A stretch of DNA of 38,727 bases from a virus (taxonomy: Duplodnaviria; Caudoviricetes): IMG/VR virus record IMGVR_UViG_3300030116_002574, positions 1 through 38,727 of that record, one strand, 5' to 3'. This document shows, piece by piece, positions 29,701 through 36,832 of the stretch; position 1 is the stretch's first letter, and the number at the start of each line of letters is the position of its first letter. The position numbers and the translations under genes were made by a program. Under the pieces are notes generated by a model. It was not told the origin of the DNA, searched no databases, and saw only the letters and a program-made list of their open reading frames with translations.

Positions 29701-29942
29701 CTGATGATAATAGTTCATACGACGCAGTTGCCATAGCAGGTGGTGGTCAAGGAAGCGCAGGAAGAAATACAAGCACATCTTTTATATTGTTAGATATAAC
29801 TGACACTTCTCTATGTAAAGTAAAATTCACAGTTGCAAGTGCTAGTGCAAACAACTATGTGTTTGGAAACAATAATCCTTCCGATACATCATCTGGAAAA
29901 CCACAGACTTATGCAATATTTAAGAGAATAGGAGATACATAA
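23712..29942 (+). CDS. Giant modular tail fibre protein (2076 aa)
   Basis: T/S/G/D-rich; AARTALGL, TADRTITFPD and GNVTGNVTG fibre motifs; several families of internal repeats. Confidence 0.9.
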   Translation: MAAKSPIRYVFDNSGNVVEFSEFQAADFIAISDGGTGAVTASAARTALGLEIGVDVQGYDAELQALSGLTPTDGNFIVGNGTTFVNESGSTARDSLGLGTSDSVQFNTILTSNLTVSGPSIALEGATDDAFETTLAVTDPTADRTITFPDSSGTVALLSDVQASDTLAEMGDVTFSSLANGDFLRYDGSGWINDPVNLSTDTIGDYVQNLVAGTGISVSVTSGEGQTPTVALSAGLNDLSDVTLTSTATGDILRYNGSAFINEPLNLGTDTEGAYVASLVAGTGIDLANNTGETATPTITVDLGDFDTDSLSEGSTNLYFTAERVDDRVAALLVDSTSSGIDISYDDNNNQLTLTVDLPEVEDALEDIVNGLIVGGTGITSTYDDTAGTLTLTIPQEVGTTSDVTFNQVTADLVGNVTGNVTGNVTGTVSSITNHDTDSLTEGSTNLYFTNARARGAVSATDSGGDGSFSYDSSTGAFTYTGPSASEVRAHITGGTGVTISSGEIAIGQSVGTTDNVTFNNIDADGNVVIDGNLTVSGTTTTVNTETINLADNVITLNSNATGSASQNGGLEIERGDDSNKTFLWNETDDKWTVGSETFVAGTFEGALTGNVTGTVSSISNHDTDSLSEGSTNLYYTDARVSTYLTGGTGITESSGTLSIDFSEFDTDNMTEGSTNLYHTAARARVALSGSTGITYDNSTGAISIDGTVVTETSTDTLTNKTINFENNTAIIEYAVTVSNASGGNKFYLDGQLASTVQLIPGVTYRFDTSDSSTSGHPFALSETKDGTHNSGSAYTTGVTTNGSQGSSGAYTQIVVDGMTPNLYYYCTAHSGMGNDGMLRVKTQDTDDVSEGSNNLYYTDARAQAAITGSTGINVSSGAVSIDSTVVTETSTDTLTNKTINFENNTAIVEFAVTVANPGSGNKYYLDGELNASIQLIPGITYRFDTSDSSVSGHPLLLSTTKNGTHGSGSNYTTGVTTNGTPGSSGAYTQIVVNAATADTLYYYCQHHSGMGGDSVISVAGSSLSASTTDNLTEGSSNLYYTDARARGAVSVTDSGGDGSLAYNSSTGVFTYTGPSASEVRAHITAGTGVTISSGEVAIGQAVGTTSNVTFNDLIVSGNLTVSGTTTTVNTETINLADNLITLNSNATGSASENGGIEIERGDDSNKTLIWNETDDKWTIGSETFVAGTVEAALTGNVTGNVTGTVSSISNHDTDSLSEGSSNLYYTDTRFDTRLGTKDTDDLSEGSTNLYYTDARAQAVSINNVVEDTTPQLGGNLDLNSSDITGTGNIDTTGDITITSTADTSAAGPIINLVRDSASPADADYLGQIKFKGDDDGGASTVYAKITGKIDDASAGTEDGLIEFATIKAGSSNIAARLKTTNFQLLNGTGLEVAGNTTLSGTLNTHTVPSGTGTIALTSDIPSDTGSLSEGSNLYYTNARADARIALANLQDLANVGFSAPGSSENQKVVSWDNSAGEFVLSSVSGLSGSGETNTASNQGTAGVGVFYQKSGEDLQFKNINAGSAKITVTDDTSNNEIDINLGTVSIDDLSDVDTTTNAPSSGQALKWDGSNFVPGDASSNVSQLNDVTLSSLATGELLQYNGSAWVNATLDTSDVSEHSSNLYYTDARVQSYLSGGTGVTMSGSGEFSIGQAVATTSNVTFNDLIVSGNLTVSGTTTTVNTETINLADNVIVLNSNATGSASENGGIEIERGDDANKTLIWNESTDKWTVGSETFVAGTFEGNATGITTAAITALTEDTSPAETDLIVVYDGSAGSLKKVQKSNFAASATFSVNDEMPLTLADASSDPIEFTNVGTSGTDIDLVLADGTADPITITSTSNSATVFRDKDNDTKIMVEESTDEDIIRMDTAGTERVTIDASGVLDIASAKLEIAGAAGSANQVVQTDGSGTISWGSAGITEYDQWQLVNSTSPNTNGDLSGTWSRFNHKGATYIGTGMSVSSGVFTFPSTGKWEVLFSARIANTGSDDQLNIDTMFTDDNSSYDAVAIAGGGQGSAGRNTSTSFILLDITDTSLCKVKFTVASASANNYVFGNNNPSDTSSGKPQTYAIFKRIGDT
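24629..28600 (+). repeat. Ten dispersed TDxLxEGSxNLY(Y/F/H)T-type repeats in the giant fibre
   Basis: Copies start near 24629, 25015, 25575, 25707, 26244, 26793, 27344, 27426, 27981 and 28545. Confidence 0.85.
25305..28935 (+). repeat. Three near-identical ~72-aa modules GNLTVSGTTTTVNTETINLADN...KWTVGSETFVAGT
   Basis: Copies start at 25305, 27063 and 28716; protein nearly identical, synonymous sites diverged. Confidence 0.92.
25824..26750 (+). repeat. Two tandem ~130-aa modules with cupredoxin-like ligand motif
   Basis: Each reads TVVTETSTDTLTNKTINFENNTAI...PG.TYRFDTSDSS.SGHP...LYYYC..HSGMG. Confidence 0.85.
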
Positions 29943-30079
29943 TGCAACATCTACACAAAAACATTGATGACGAAGGTTTAGACTATAATAATGCTAGTGG
30001 GAGAACTTTACAGGAAATGGTGGATTCTGAGTTCGACCCAGAAAATTACTTTAAAGTAGAAGGAACTAATAATGCCTAA
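29942..30079 (+). CDS. 45-aa acidic micro-ORF
   Basis: MQHLHKNIDDEGLDYNNASGRTLQEMVDSEFDPENYFKVEGTNNA; AGGAG RBS, TAATG overlap; fills the gap to the next gene. Confidence 0.65.
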   Translation: MQHLHKNIDDEGLDYNNASGRTLQEMVDSEFDPENYFKVEGTNNA

Positions 30080-30530
30080 TAGACAACACTTAATTAGAGT
30101 ATCTACCGATAGCGGTGGCGACAGTAATGGATTAGCTGAATTCGCAGCAGGTTCTACAGAAGGTGGACCATTAATCCCTGCATATACAACTACAGAAAGA
30201 GGTAACATTGCCTCACCTGCTAGTGGTATGGTTATATACAATAGTACAGATTCACGACTTCAAGTTTATACAGGGTCTAGCTGGCAAGTTCTAGAACAAG
30301 GTGATGTTACAGGTGTAACCACAGCAGCAACTTCTGGTCTTAATGGAGGTGCTGATTCTGGTGCTGTAACACTAGTAATAGACGCAACAAGACTTACAGA
30401 CGGAACATCAATAGATGTAGACGAAGATAACGATTTAGTAATGTTATACGACAATTCCGCTTCAGCTATGGTAAAAGTGAAAGCACAACAACTTCACACT
30501 ACCGAAGCTTTACAGTGGATGGGACTATAG
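30072..30530 (+). CDS. Short fibre-associated structural protein
   Basis: TTTERGNIASPASGMVIYNST...LQVYTGSSW and GDVTGV...GLNGG are common fibre modules. Confidence 0.8.
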   Translation: MPNRQHLIRVSTDSGGDSNGLAEFAAGSTEGGPLIPAYTTTERGNIASPASGMVIYNSTDSRLQVYTGSSWQVLEQGDVTGVTTAATSGLNGGADSGAVTLVIDATRLTDGTSIDVDEDNDLVMLYDNSASAMVKVKAQQLHTTEALQWMGL

Positions 30531-30539
30531 GAGAGATAA

Positions 30540-30869
30540 ATGGCGGTATATACAGCAGCAGAGTTAAAAGAAGTAACTGCACTTACGACATCTGAAGCAG
30601 AAGTTTTCAGTAATTCTAATAAGTGCATTATTAAACAAATAATGCTAGCGAACTATACAGCAACTGACAGAACAGTAGAAATCAAGGTAATTCCTTCTGG
30701 GGATTCAACTGGTGACCAACATATTATTTTTGGTGACATAACTGTTCAAGCAAACACAACTACAGTTATTGACTTAGCTATGGTTATACCTGCTTCTGCT
30801 TCAGTAGCTGCTAAATGTTCAGCAGCAACATCTGTAAATATACATGTTTCCGGCGTAGAGGTAACCTAA
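30540..30869 (+). CDS. Small beta-rich virion-associated protein
   Basis: AGGAG RBS; IIKQIMLAN...VQANTT...VNIHVSGVEVT pattern resembles small proteins of aquatic phage fibre clusters. Confidence 0.7.
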   Translation: MAVYTAAELKEVTALTTSEAEVFSNSNKCIIKQIMLANYTATDRTVEIKVIPSGDSTGDQHIIFGDITVQANTTTVIDLAMVIPASASVAAKCSAATSVNIHVSGVEVT

Positions 30870-32185
30870 TGTCTGACATACAGATACCAGAGCCAGTCTT
30901 TTTGGACAGGCTTGGTGGTGATGAAATATATGGTTTTGGACAAGATGGAAATGTTACCTTAACATCTAATACAACTCTTAGTCGAGACATGTATTACAAC
31001 AATCTAACAATAAACTCTGGTGTTACATTAGATACAAATGGTTATCGTGTCTTTGTAGCTGGTACATTAGCTTTTGCAGATTCAACTTCTAAGATTGGTA
31101 GATTTTCAAATAAAACAACAGCAGGAACTCTTAAAGGTGGTTTCGCTAAAGGTGTTGCCGCTACAGATACTTTAGGTGGTAAGTCTGGTGCTCAAACCAA
31201 CTCAGCACATGACGCTAATCAATTCTTTGAAGGTGAAAACGAAATGTTTAACCTATCTGTTGCTATAGCAGGACACGCTATTGACGCTGATACAGGTAAC
31301 TATAAATTCGTAGGCGGAGGTTCTGGAGGGGCTGACGGAACTACTAATGCAGCTTCTGCTGGAGCAGATGGAGGAGACTCTAACTGGGCTGACTACCAAG
31401 TAGTTGGAGCAGACGGAGGTAAAGGTGCTACAGGAAATGCAGCGACAGCGGGTACAGGAGCAGTTGGAGGTGGAGTAGTTATAGTTTTAGCAAAGACTGT
31501 TACTGGTGACGGAACAGTAAGAGCTGATGGTGATGACTCTACAGCTGGTTCAGACGGCAATGCTGGTGCTCCAGCTCCAGACGCTTCTACACCGGGAAAC
31601 TCAGTTCCGGGTAATACAAATACTCATCCGGGAAATAACTATTCCTATGGTTATAGTTATGGATACTCTTATGGCTATAGCTATCCGGGTAATACAAACA
31701 CACATCCGGGAAATAATTATTCTTATAGTGGTTCTAATCCTCATACACATTATCACTGGCACCCAGTTTATTTAAATAACTATTCAACAGGTTCTTATCA
31801 TTATCATTACAATCACTGGCACCCATATACAAACTATGGGTCCAACCCAACGAACTATGGTTCTAATCCAACTAACTATGGTGCAAACTATGGAGCAAAC
31901 TATGGTGCTAACTATGGTTCAAACCCAACTAACTATGGTACAAATCCTACTACAACAAACCCTACTGTCTATCATCCGGGTGGAGCTGGAGGAGCTGGGG
32001 GAACAGCTACTTCCGGTTACAACGCGGGTGGAGGAACAGTTGTATTTGTAACAGGAACTAAACCATTACCATCTGGATTGACACTTGCTGCTGCCGCTGG
32101 AACTTCTGGAACAGGAACAGCTGGAGCAGGAACTGTTGTAACAGTATACAATATAGACGCAGACGACACGGACCCGGGAGCTTAA
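30869..32185 (+). CDS. Glycine-rich adhesin-like protein with repetitive Tyr/Asn/His insertion (438 aa)
   Basis: Start re-called to ATG 30869 (TAATG overlap, GAGGT RBS). YGFGQDGNV, YNNLTINSGVTL, GGGVVIVLAKTVTGDGTVRADG and GGGTVVFV glycine-rich motifs. Confidence 0.8.
   Translation: MSDIQIPEPVFLDRLGGDEIYGFGQDGNVTLTSNTTLSRDMYYNNLTINSGVTLDTNGYRVFVAGTLAFADSTSKIGRFSNKTTAGTLKGGFAKGVAATDTLGGKSGAQTNSAHDANQFFEGENEMFNLSVAIAGHAIDADTGNYKFVGGGSGGADGTTNAASAGADGGDSNWADYQVVGADGGKGATGNAATAGTGAVGGGVVIVLAKTVTGDGTVRADGDDSTAGSDGNAGAPAPDASTPGNSVPGNTNTHPGNNYSYGYSYGYSYGYSYPGNTNTHPGNNYSYSGSNPHTHYHWHPVYLNNYSTGSYHYHYNHWHPYTNYGSNPTNYGSNPTNYGANYGANYGANYGSNPTNYGTNPTTTNPTVYHPGGAGGAGGTATSGYNAGGGTVVFVTGTKPLPSGLTLAAAAGTSGTGTAGAGTVVTVYNIDADDTDPGA
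31592..31975 (+). repeat. Mirror-spaced PGN / NPT peptide repeat array
   Basis: Five PGN motifs spaced 5,7,19,7 aa, a His/Trp core, then five NPT motifs spaced 7,19,7,5 aa. Confidence 0.92.
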
Positions 32186-32186
32186 T

Positions 32187-32852
32187 ATGCCTATAACAGA
32201 ATACGGAGATGGAGCAATACCATCAGACTTTGAAAGTTTCGACGTAATACCAGACTCAGTTTATGGTTCTGGTATGGATGGAAACGTACAGATAACATCT
32301 AACACAACTCTTGCTAGAGATATGTTTTACAATAACCTAACTATTGACCCCGGTATTGTTTTGAATACAGCAGGATACAGAGTATTTGTAAGAAATACTT
32401 TAGCTATGGCTGCAACTTCATCAAACCAAGGTGATACAAAAATTGGTAGAGTTGGTGGCGTTTCAACTACCGGTACTTTAAAACCCGGAGGTCTTGCGGC
32501 CGTCACCAATTCTCTTGGAGGAAATGGTAACGGATATACTGCTACTGCACCAGACGAAGGTGCTGAATATTTCAATCATCCAGACTTAGCTGTACAAGGC
32601 GTTGTCGTCCACGCTGGACAAACCACACCAGACCCACTAATGGGCGGAGCAGGAGACTCTGTCAATTATGGTGGAGGAGTTGTTGTAGTATGTGCTAGGA
32701 AAATACAGGGATACGGAACAATAGAAGCTAGTGGTGAAACAACTACTGGTGGTGGAGTTATATTTATAGTTTCACAAGATATTCCACTAACAGGCGTAGT
32801 AACAGACGTAACAGGTTACGCCGCAGGTACAGTCAAAACATTTAAGGTTTAA
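32187..32852 (+). CDS. Glycine-rich adhesin-like protein, compact paralog of 30869..32185
   Basis: Shares YG.G.DGNV..TSNTTL.RDM.YNNLTI..G..L.T.GYRVFV..TLA, KIGR, GTLK.G, LGG and GGGVV; lacks the insertions. Confidence 0.8.
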   Translation: MPITEYGDGAIPSDFESFDVIPDSVYGSGMDGNVQITSNTTLARDMFYNNLTIDPGIVLNTAGYRVFVRNTLAMAATSSNQGDTKIGRVGGVSTTGTLKPGGLAAVTNSLGGNGNGYTATAPDEGAEYFNHPDLAVQGVVVHAGQTTPDPLMGGAGDSVNYGGGVVVVCARKIQGYGTIEASGETTTGGGVIFIVSQDIPLTGVVTDVTGYAAGTVKTFKV

Positions 32853-32853
32853 C

Positions 32854-33729
32854 ATGGCTACTGTAAGAATTTATTACAGTCGAGCTGACAACAATCAATC
32901 AGACTATGACCTATATTGGTTTGGAGACGACCCTCAGAAAATAGACCATAGCAATTTTAATGTTAACTTTCATCATAGAACTAAAGTGTCATTTGGTAGT
33001 AATGACTATGTTGAAATAGATACTGGTGATGAAAAAGTTATTTCTTGGTATATAAAAAGAAAAGATGGGGTTTACGACTATAACGGAGAATATACTAACT
33101 ATGGACCTTTAACTTATGGACCTACTTGGACATGGTCTTGGGAAATAGGATATCAATGGAAAATAGATTTAAATATTACACCTCAATCTAATTTTTATGT
33201 AAACAATACAACTCCTTATGTTTACAAAGACGATACATATACAGACATACTTGCTAACGCTATATCATTCGTAGGTGAGGAAGATTTAGAAGCAGATGGT
33301 GATAATGATGTTCCTGTAGAAGATGATAAGTTAAGAATATTTTATGATTTATCAAATTACAAAGATGTTGACATACCAGACGATGAAGTGTGGTTTACAA
33401 AATGGGAACCATACTCTCAATGGTACAAAACAACGATAAACAGAATTCAACTGTTATACTTATTAAACAAATCTTATTTAGTAGGAGAAAATGATATGGA
33501 TTTATCAATAGACGCTGACGCATTACAAGTAGAGAAAGATGACGCAAAACAAATGCTTGAAAAAGCGGTTGCTAACTGTCTCTATAAACTTGGTGAAGAT
33601 ATTGCTGCATTTGATGAAGACGCTTTTCTAGCTGATGTTGACGCATATAAAGCTACAAAGAGTTCTACATTAGAAGCAACAATTGATTACTTAGAAACAA
33701 CACTAACGTCGCTACAAGCTTTAGCATAA
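32854..33729 (+). CDS. Hypothetical acidic, Tyr/Trp-rich protein
   Basis: 291-aa ORF in operon context; no family recognised. Confidence 0.7.
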   Translation: MATVRIYYSRADNNQSDYDLYWFGDDPQKIDHSNFNVNFHHRTKVSFGSNDYVEIDTGDEKVISWYIKRKDGVYDYNGEYTNYGPLTYGPTWTWSWEIGYQWKIDLNITPQSNFYVNNTTPYVYKDDTYTDILANAISFVGEEDLEADGDNDVPVEDDKLRIFYDLSNYKDVDIPDDEVWFTKWEPYSQWYKTTINRIQLLYLLNKSYLVGENDMDLSIDADALQVEKDDAKQMLEKAVANCLYKLGEDIAAFDEDAFLADVDAYKATKSSTLEATIDYLETTLTSLQALA

Positions 33730-33746
33730 TCATATAGGGAGGATAT

Positions 33747-34214
33747 ATGCGAACCATATTCTACATTCCCGAAGGGGAAGATGTAGAAAACTACAAGGAA
33801 GAATGGTATGAAAAAACTAGTGAAGTACATACCGGAATATCAAAAAATATAGAACAATATATTGATGACCCTTCTGTAGCTCAGTTCGTAAACATACCAG
33901 AATTTAAACACATGCTAGCTCCAATTAATGCTAGTAATAGCGAATACTTCCAAGTAGGTTATGTTGATGATTTTGCAGATAGAGATAACTTACCGCAATA
34001 CATTGTAGAAGTATGGAGTAAAAATTTAGATAATCCTAGTGACCCACAAGATAAAGTAGACAACTGGATTATGCAATTTGATTTAGGAGCTAATTTCTTT
34101 CATACTGACCATGTCCGTTTAGATGTAGGTTGGTATGACTTAGTCGTAATGAATGAAGATAAAGAAATAGATACTCACGAAATATCTGTATATGAAAGTT
34201 ATGAAGAAGAATAA
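33747..34214 (+). CDS. Hypothetical acidic protein
   Basis: GGAGG RBS; 155 aa. Confidence 0.7.
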   Translation: MRTIFYIPEGEDVENYKEEWYEKTSEVHTGISKNIEQYIDDPSVAQFVNIPEFKHMLAPINASNSEYFQVGYVDDFADRDNLPQYIVEVWSKNLDNPSDPQDKVDNWIMQFDLGANFFHTDHVRLDVGWYDLVVMNEDKEIDTHEISVYESYEEE

Positions 34215-34914
34215 TTTATGGAAAAAGGTAGAGCCTAAACAAGTAGTCACAGGAGTTATATCTTGGGAGAACTGTTTAGAAATACCAGATGGAATTATTG
34301 ATTTAATGAATCAAGATGTAGATAACTGGATTCCTAAAATTACAGATGAAATGATTGAAGAGAATGATTCATACATTACTGTCAAGAATGCAAACGGGCC
34401 TATAAGATTTAATCCAGAACTAGAATTTACAACTGATGAAGCTAAAACATTTTTTAAACAAGTACAAAAGAATGCGCTAGATAAAATAGCTAGTTATTGT
34501 GATATGTTTCCCGATGTAGCTAAAGAAATAAACTGGATGGAGAACTGGCAATACATAACTTACAGACCACCTAAACACATGACATATCATAGTGATAATC
34601 ATTCTGTTAGAAACCCTAAGACAGGAGAACATTACTTAAATCCTTACTTTAGAAGAATTACTGCTTTGACTTATTTGAATGATGACTTCAATGGTGGGGC
34701 TTTAGATTTTAGATATTTTGATGAAAAACCATATAAACCTCCAGCAGGAAGTGTAGTTATTATGCCTAGCTCTTATGTTTATTCACACGGGACAACACCA
34801 TTACTTAATGGTAGAAAAGCGGCTTTCTTAGTATCCTGTGCAAGCCATTACGATGTTGCTAGTATTAAAGAAGATGGAGATTTAATTGAAGCTAAGAGGA
34901 GAGAAATAGTATGA
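34192..34914 (+). CDS. 2OG-Fe(II) oxygenase, prolyl-4-hydroxylase-like
   Basis: HSD...RRITALTYLNDDFNGGAL.F...KPPAGSVVIMPS..VYSH.TTP...GRK. Start could be ATG 34201. Confidence 0.92.
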   Translation: MKVMKKNNLWKKVEPKQVVTGVISWENCLEIPDGIIDLMNQDVDNWIPKITDEMIEENDSYITVKNANGPIRFNPELEFTTDEAKTFFKQVQKNALDKIASYCDMFPDVAKEINWMENWQYITYRPPKHMTYHSDNHSVRNPKTGEHYLNPYFRRITALTYLNDDFNGGALDFRYFDEKPYKPPAGSVVIMPSSYVYSHGTTPLLNGRKAAFLVSCASHYDVASIKEDGDLIEAKRREIV

Positions 34915-35588
34915 ATAAGTCAATGGGTGTAGTAGAGATATATGAAGATTTCTTTACTGGTACTCAAGCTGAAGACATAATTAAAGCAGCTGAAGCAATA
35001 GATAAAGCTAATGTAGATTTTGGTTTTGAAGACGCAACTATTGGTAAAGGACATAAAGGTGGAGAAGTAAGAAGTAACCTCTTAATGTCTCTATCTGCAA
35101 TTGCACAATATCCTAATGAAGGTAGGTCTTTTAGAGAAGCTATCAAAAATGGTACAGACAATCATATACATGATATTAAAAATATATGTGATTTGATTCA
35201 AAGAAGATTACAGGATTATGTTAATGACTACACTAAAAGATACGAGTTTCCTATATTGTTTGACGAGGGTTATCAGTTATTAAAATATAGAGGTGGACAG
35301 CAATACAAAGGTCATTCTGATTATGCACCGCATATACCTAGATACCTCTCAGCATTGATACTTTTAAATCCACAGGATTATGAAGGTGGAGGAACATACT
35401 TTCATCATTTTGAAGAAATGGTAAAACCAGAAAAACCTTCTTTAGTATTATTTCCTAGTAACTACGCTTATGCACATCAAGCTATGCCTGTTATTAGTGG
35501 AACTAAGTATGCAATAGTAACTTGGTTAGGTCATCCTATGGAGATTGAAGATATGCCTCCAATGTATAAACAAGGAGCACCTAGATAA
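34911..35588 (+). CDS. 2OG-Fe(II) oxygenase, prolyl-4-hydroxylase-like
   Basis: YQLLKY, HSD, LSALILLN..YEGGGTYF, LVLFPSNYAYAH...PVISGTKYAIVTW. Confidence 0.93.
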   Translation: MNKSMGVVEIYEDFFTGTQAEDIIKAAEAIDKANVDFGFEDATIGKGHKGGEVRSNLLMSLSAIAQYPNEGRSFREAIKNGTDNHIHDIKNICDLIQRRLQDYVNDYTKRYEFPILFDEGYQLLKYRGGQQYKGHSDYAPHIPRYLSALILLNPQDYEGGGTYFHHFEEMVKPEKPSLVLFPSNYAYAHQAMPVISGTKYAIVTWLGHPMEIEDMPPMYKQGAPR

Positions 35589-36145
35589 TGAACGCTGTTA
35601 TTATTACTGATTTATTTAAGGGTAATCAACTAGAAGAACTTCAATCTTGGTTAGATTTAGAAACTCCATACGAAGATAAATCTAAATGGGCAAAAAGTCC
35701 CGATGGTACTCACATGGTAAAAATGTGTAATGAATTAAATACTTATCACACAGTTTTAACAGATAAAGCAAGAGATGTTTTTCAAGTGCATAACATACTA
35801 CCTACTTTCTCAACAATAAACTGGTATGAACCTTACGTTATAAAAGATATACATTACGATAGTGGTCCCGTTGAATATACAATACTATACAACTATTTTT
35901 CAGAACATCCGCTAAAATTAAAATACAACAACGAAGAAATATTGTTAGAACAAGGAAGCGCAGTAGCTTATCAAGGTTCTCAATTCGAACACACAGTAGA
36001 AGGTGTTGAAGGCGTAAGTATAAGATTAAACTTTAACTTTGCTACGCCAGATAATTATTTCTTTGTATTAGGTAATCATACGGCTAATGGTTTTGATTTT
36101 CCATCTGGCCGACCAGAGAACGAGGTAGAAGTAAATTGGCTATAG
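35588..36145 (+). CDS. 2OG-Fe(II) oxygenase-like protein (phage LxPTY/F family)
   Basis: ILPTFS...WY...HYD...LEQGSAVAYQGSQFEH gives an HxD...H triad. Confidence 0.75.
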   Translation: MNAVIITDLFKGNQLEELQSWLDLETPYEDKSKWAKSPDGTHMVKMCNELNTYHTVLTDKARDVFQVHNILPTFSTINWYEPYVIKDIHYDSGPVEYTILYNYFSEHPLKLKYNNEEILLEQGSAVAYQGSQFEHTVEGVEGVSIRLNFNFATPDNYFFVLGNHTANGFDFPSGRPENEVEVNWL

Positions 36146-36831
36146 TAGAAAAAACATTTAGAGTAAATAACACAACTATAAGTTATGATGATTCGGATAT
36201 TTACGAATCAAGAGTTGAAGACTTAGGACATATAAATCCTTCTTTAGAATTTTGGTTGTTTCATAACAGAGGTTTATACGATAACGCTTTAGTTGTTGGT
36301 GCAGGATTTGGTTTATCATCAAAGCTACTTGCAGACTGGGGAACAACTGTTACATCTGTCGAACCACAGTCAGATAGGTTTGCTTTATTAGAATCTAATG
36401 TTCCAACAAGTACAAACATAAATAAAATGTGTGGTGCGTCTGCTGGTACTTCTGATTTAGTATATTTTGAAGATAATAAATCTGGTGGTGCAATAAATAA
36501 AACTATGGGAGACGCTAGTGAATCCGTAGAAGTAATTACAGTAGATAGTCTTGATTTAACACTTGACCTTATGCTTGTTTACGCAAACGGCAAAGAACTA
36601 GATGTCATTGATGGTGCTAGCGATACTATTGCAAACAATACAGATATGAAAATTATCTTAAGATGGATACCAGACTTGTTTGATGACATAGACGCTGCAA
36701 TAACAAAATTAAAGAGTTATGGTAAGACAATAAAAATTATTCACTGGGAAGAAGGGGACACTATATCTTACAATGATGTTAGTGATGATATCTTAAAGGC
36801 AGTTATGTCTGCTGACTTAATAATGGAGTAG
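36136..36831 (+). CDS. FkbM-like SAM-dependent methyltransferase
   Basis: VVGAGFG motif I, VTSVEP...FALLESN, VEVITVDSL, GKELDVIDGA..TI; TTG start with GAGGT RBS. Confidence 0.8.
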   Translation: MAIVEKTFRVNNTTISYDDSDIYESRVEDLGHINPSLEFWLFHNRGLYDNALVVGAGFGLSSKLLADWGTTVTSVEPQSDRFALLESNVPTSTNINKMCGASAGTSDLVYFEDNKSGGAINKTMGDASESVEVITVDSLDLTLDLMLVYANGKELDVIDGASDTIANNTDMKIILRWIPDLFDDIDAAITKLKSYGKTIKIIHWEEGDTISYNDVSDDILKAVMSADLIME

Positions 36832-36832
36832 T

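Noticed and set aside
30815-30868. ORF-track start at 30815
   Set aside because: It overlaps the upstream gene by 18 codons; ATG 30869 has an RBS, a TAATG overlap and matches the paralog's N-terminus length.
31592-31975. CRISPR array or diversity-generating retroelement template/variable repeat
   Set aside because: Repeats are in-frame and vary at synonymous sites; no spacers, no adenine-specific TR/VR pair and no reverse transcriptase in the window.
17605-32051. Short alternative-frame + strand ORFs (17605, 20629, 28117, 31527, 31836)
   Set aside because: They are nested in fibre genes; their L/V/M/Q-rich sequences are the expected off-frame reading of Gly/Thr/Asn codons.
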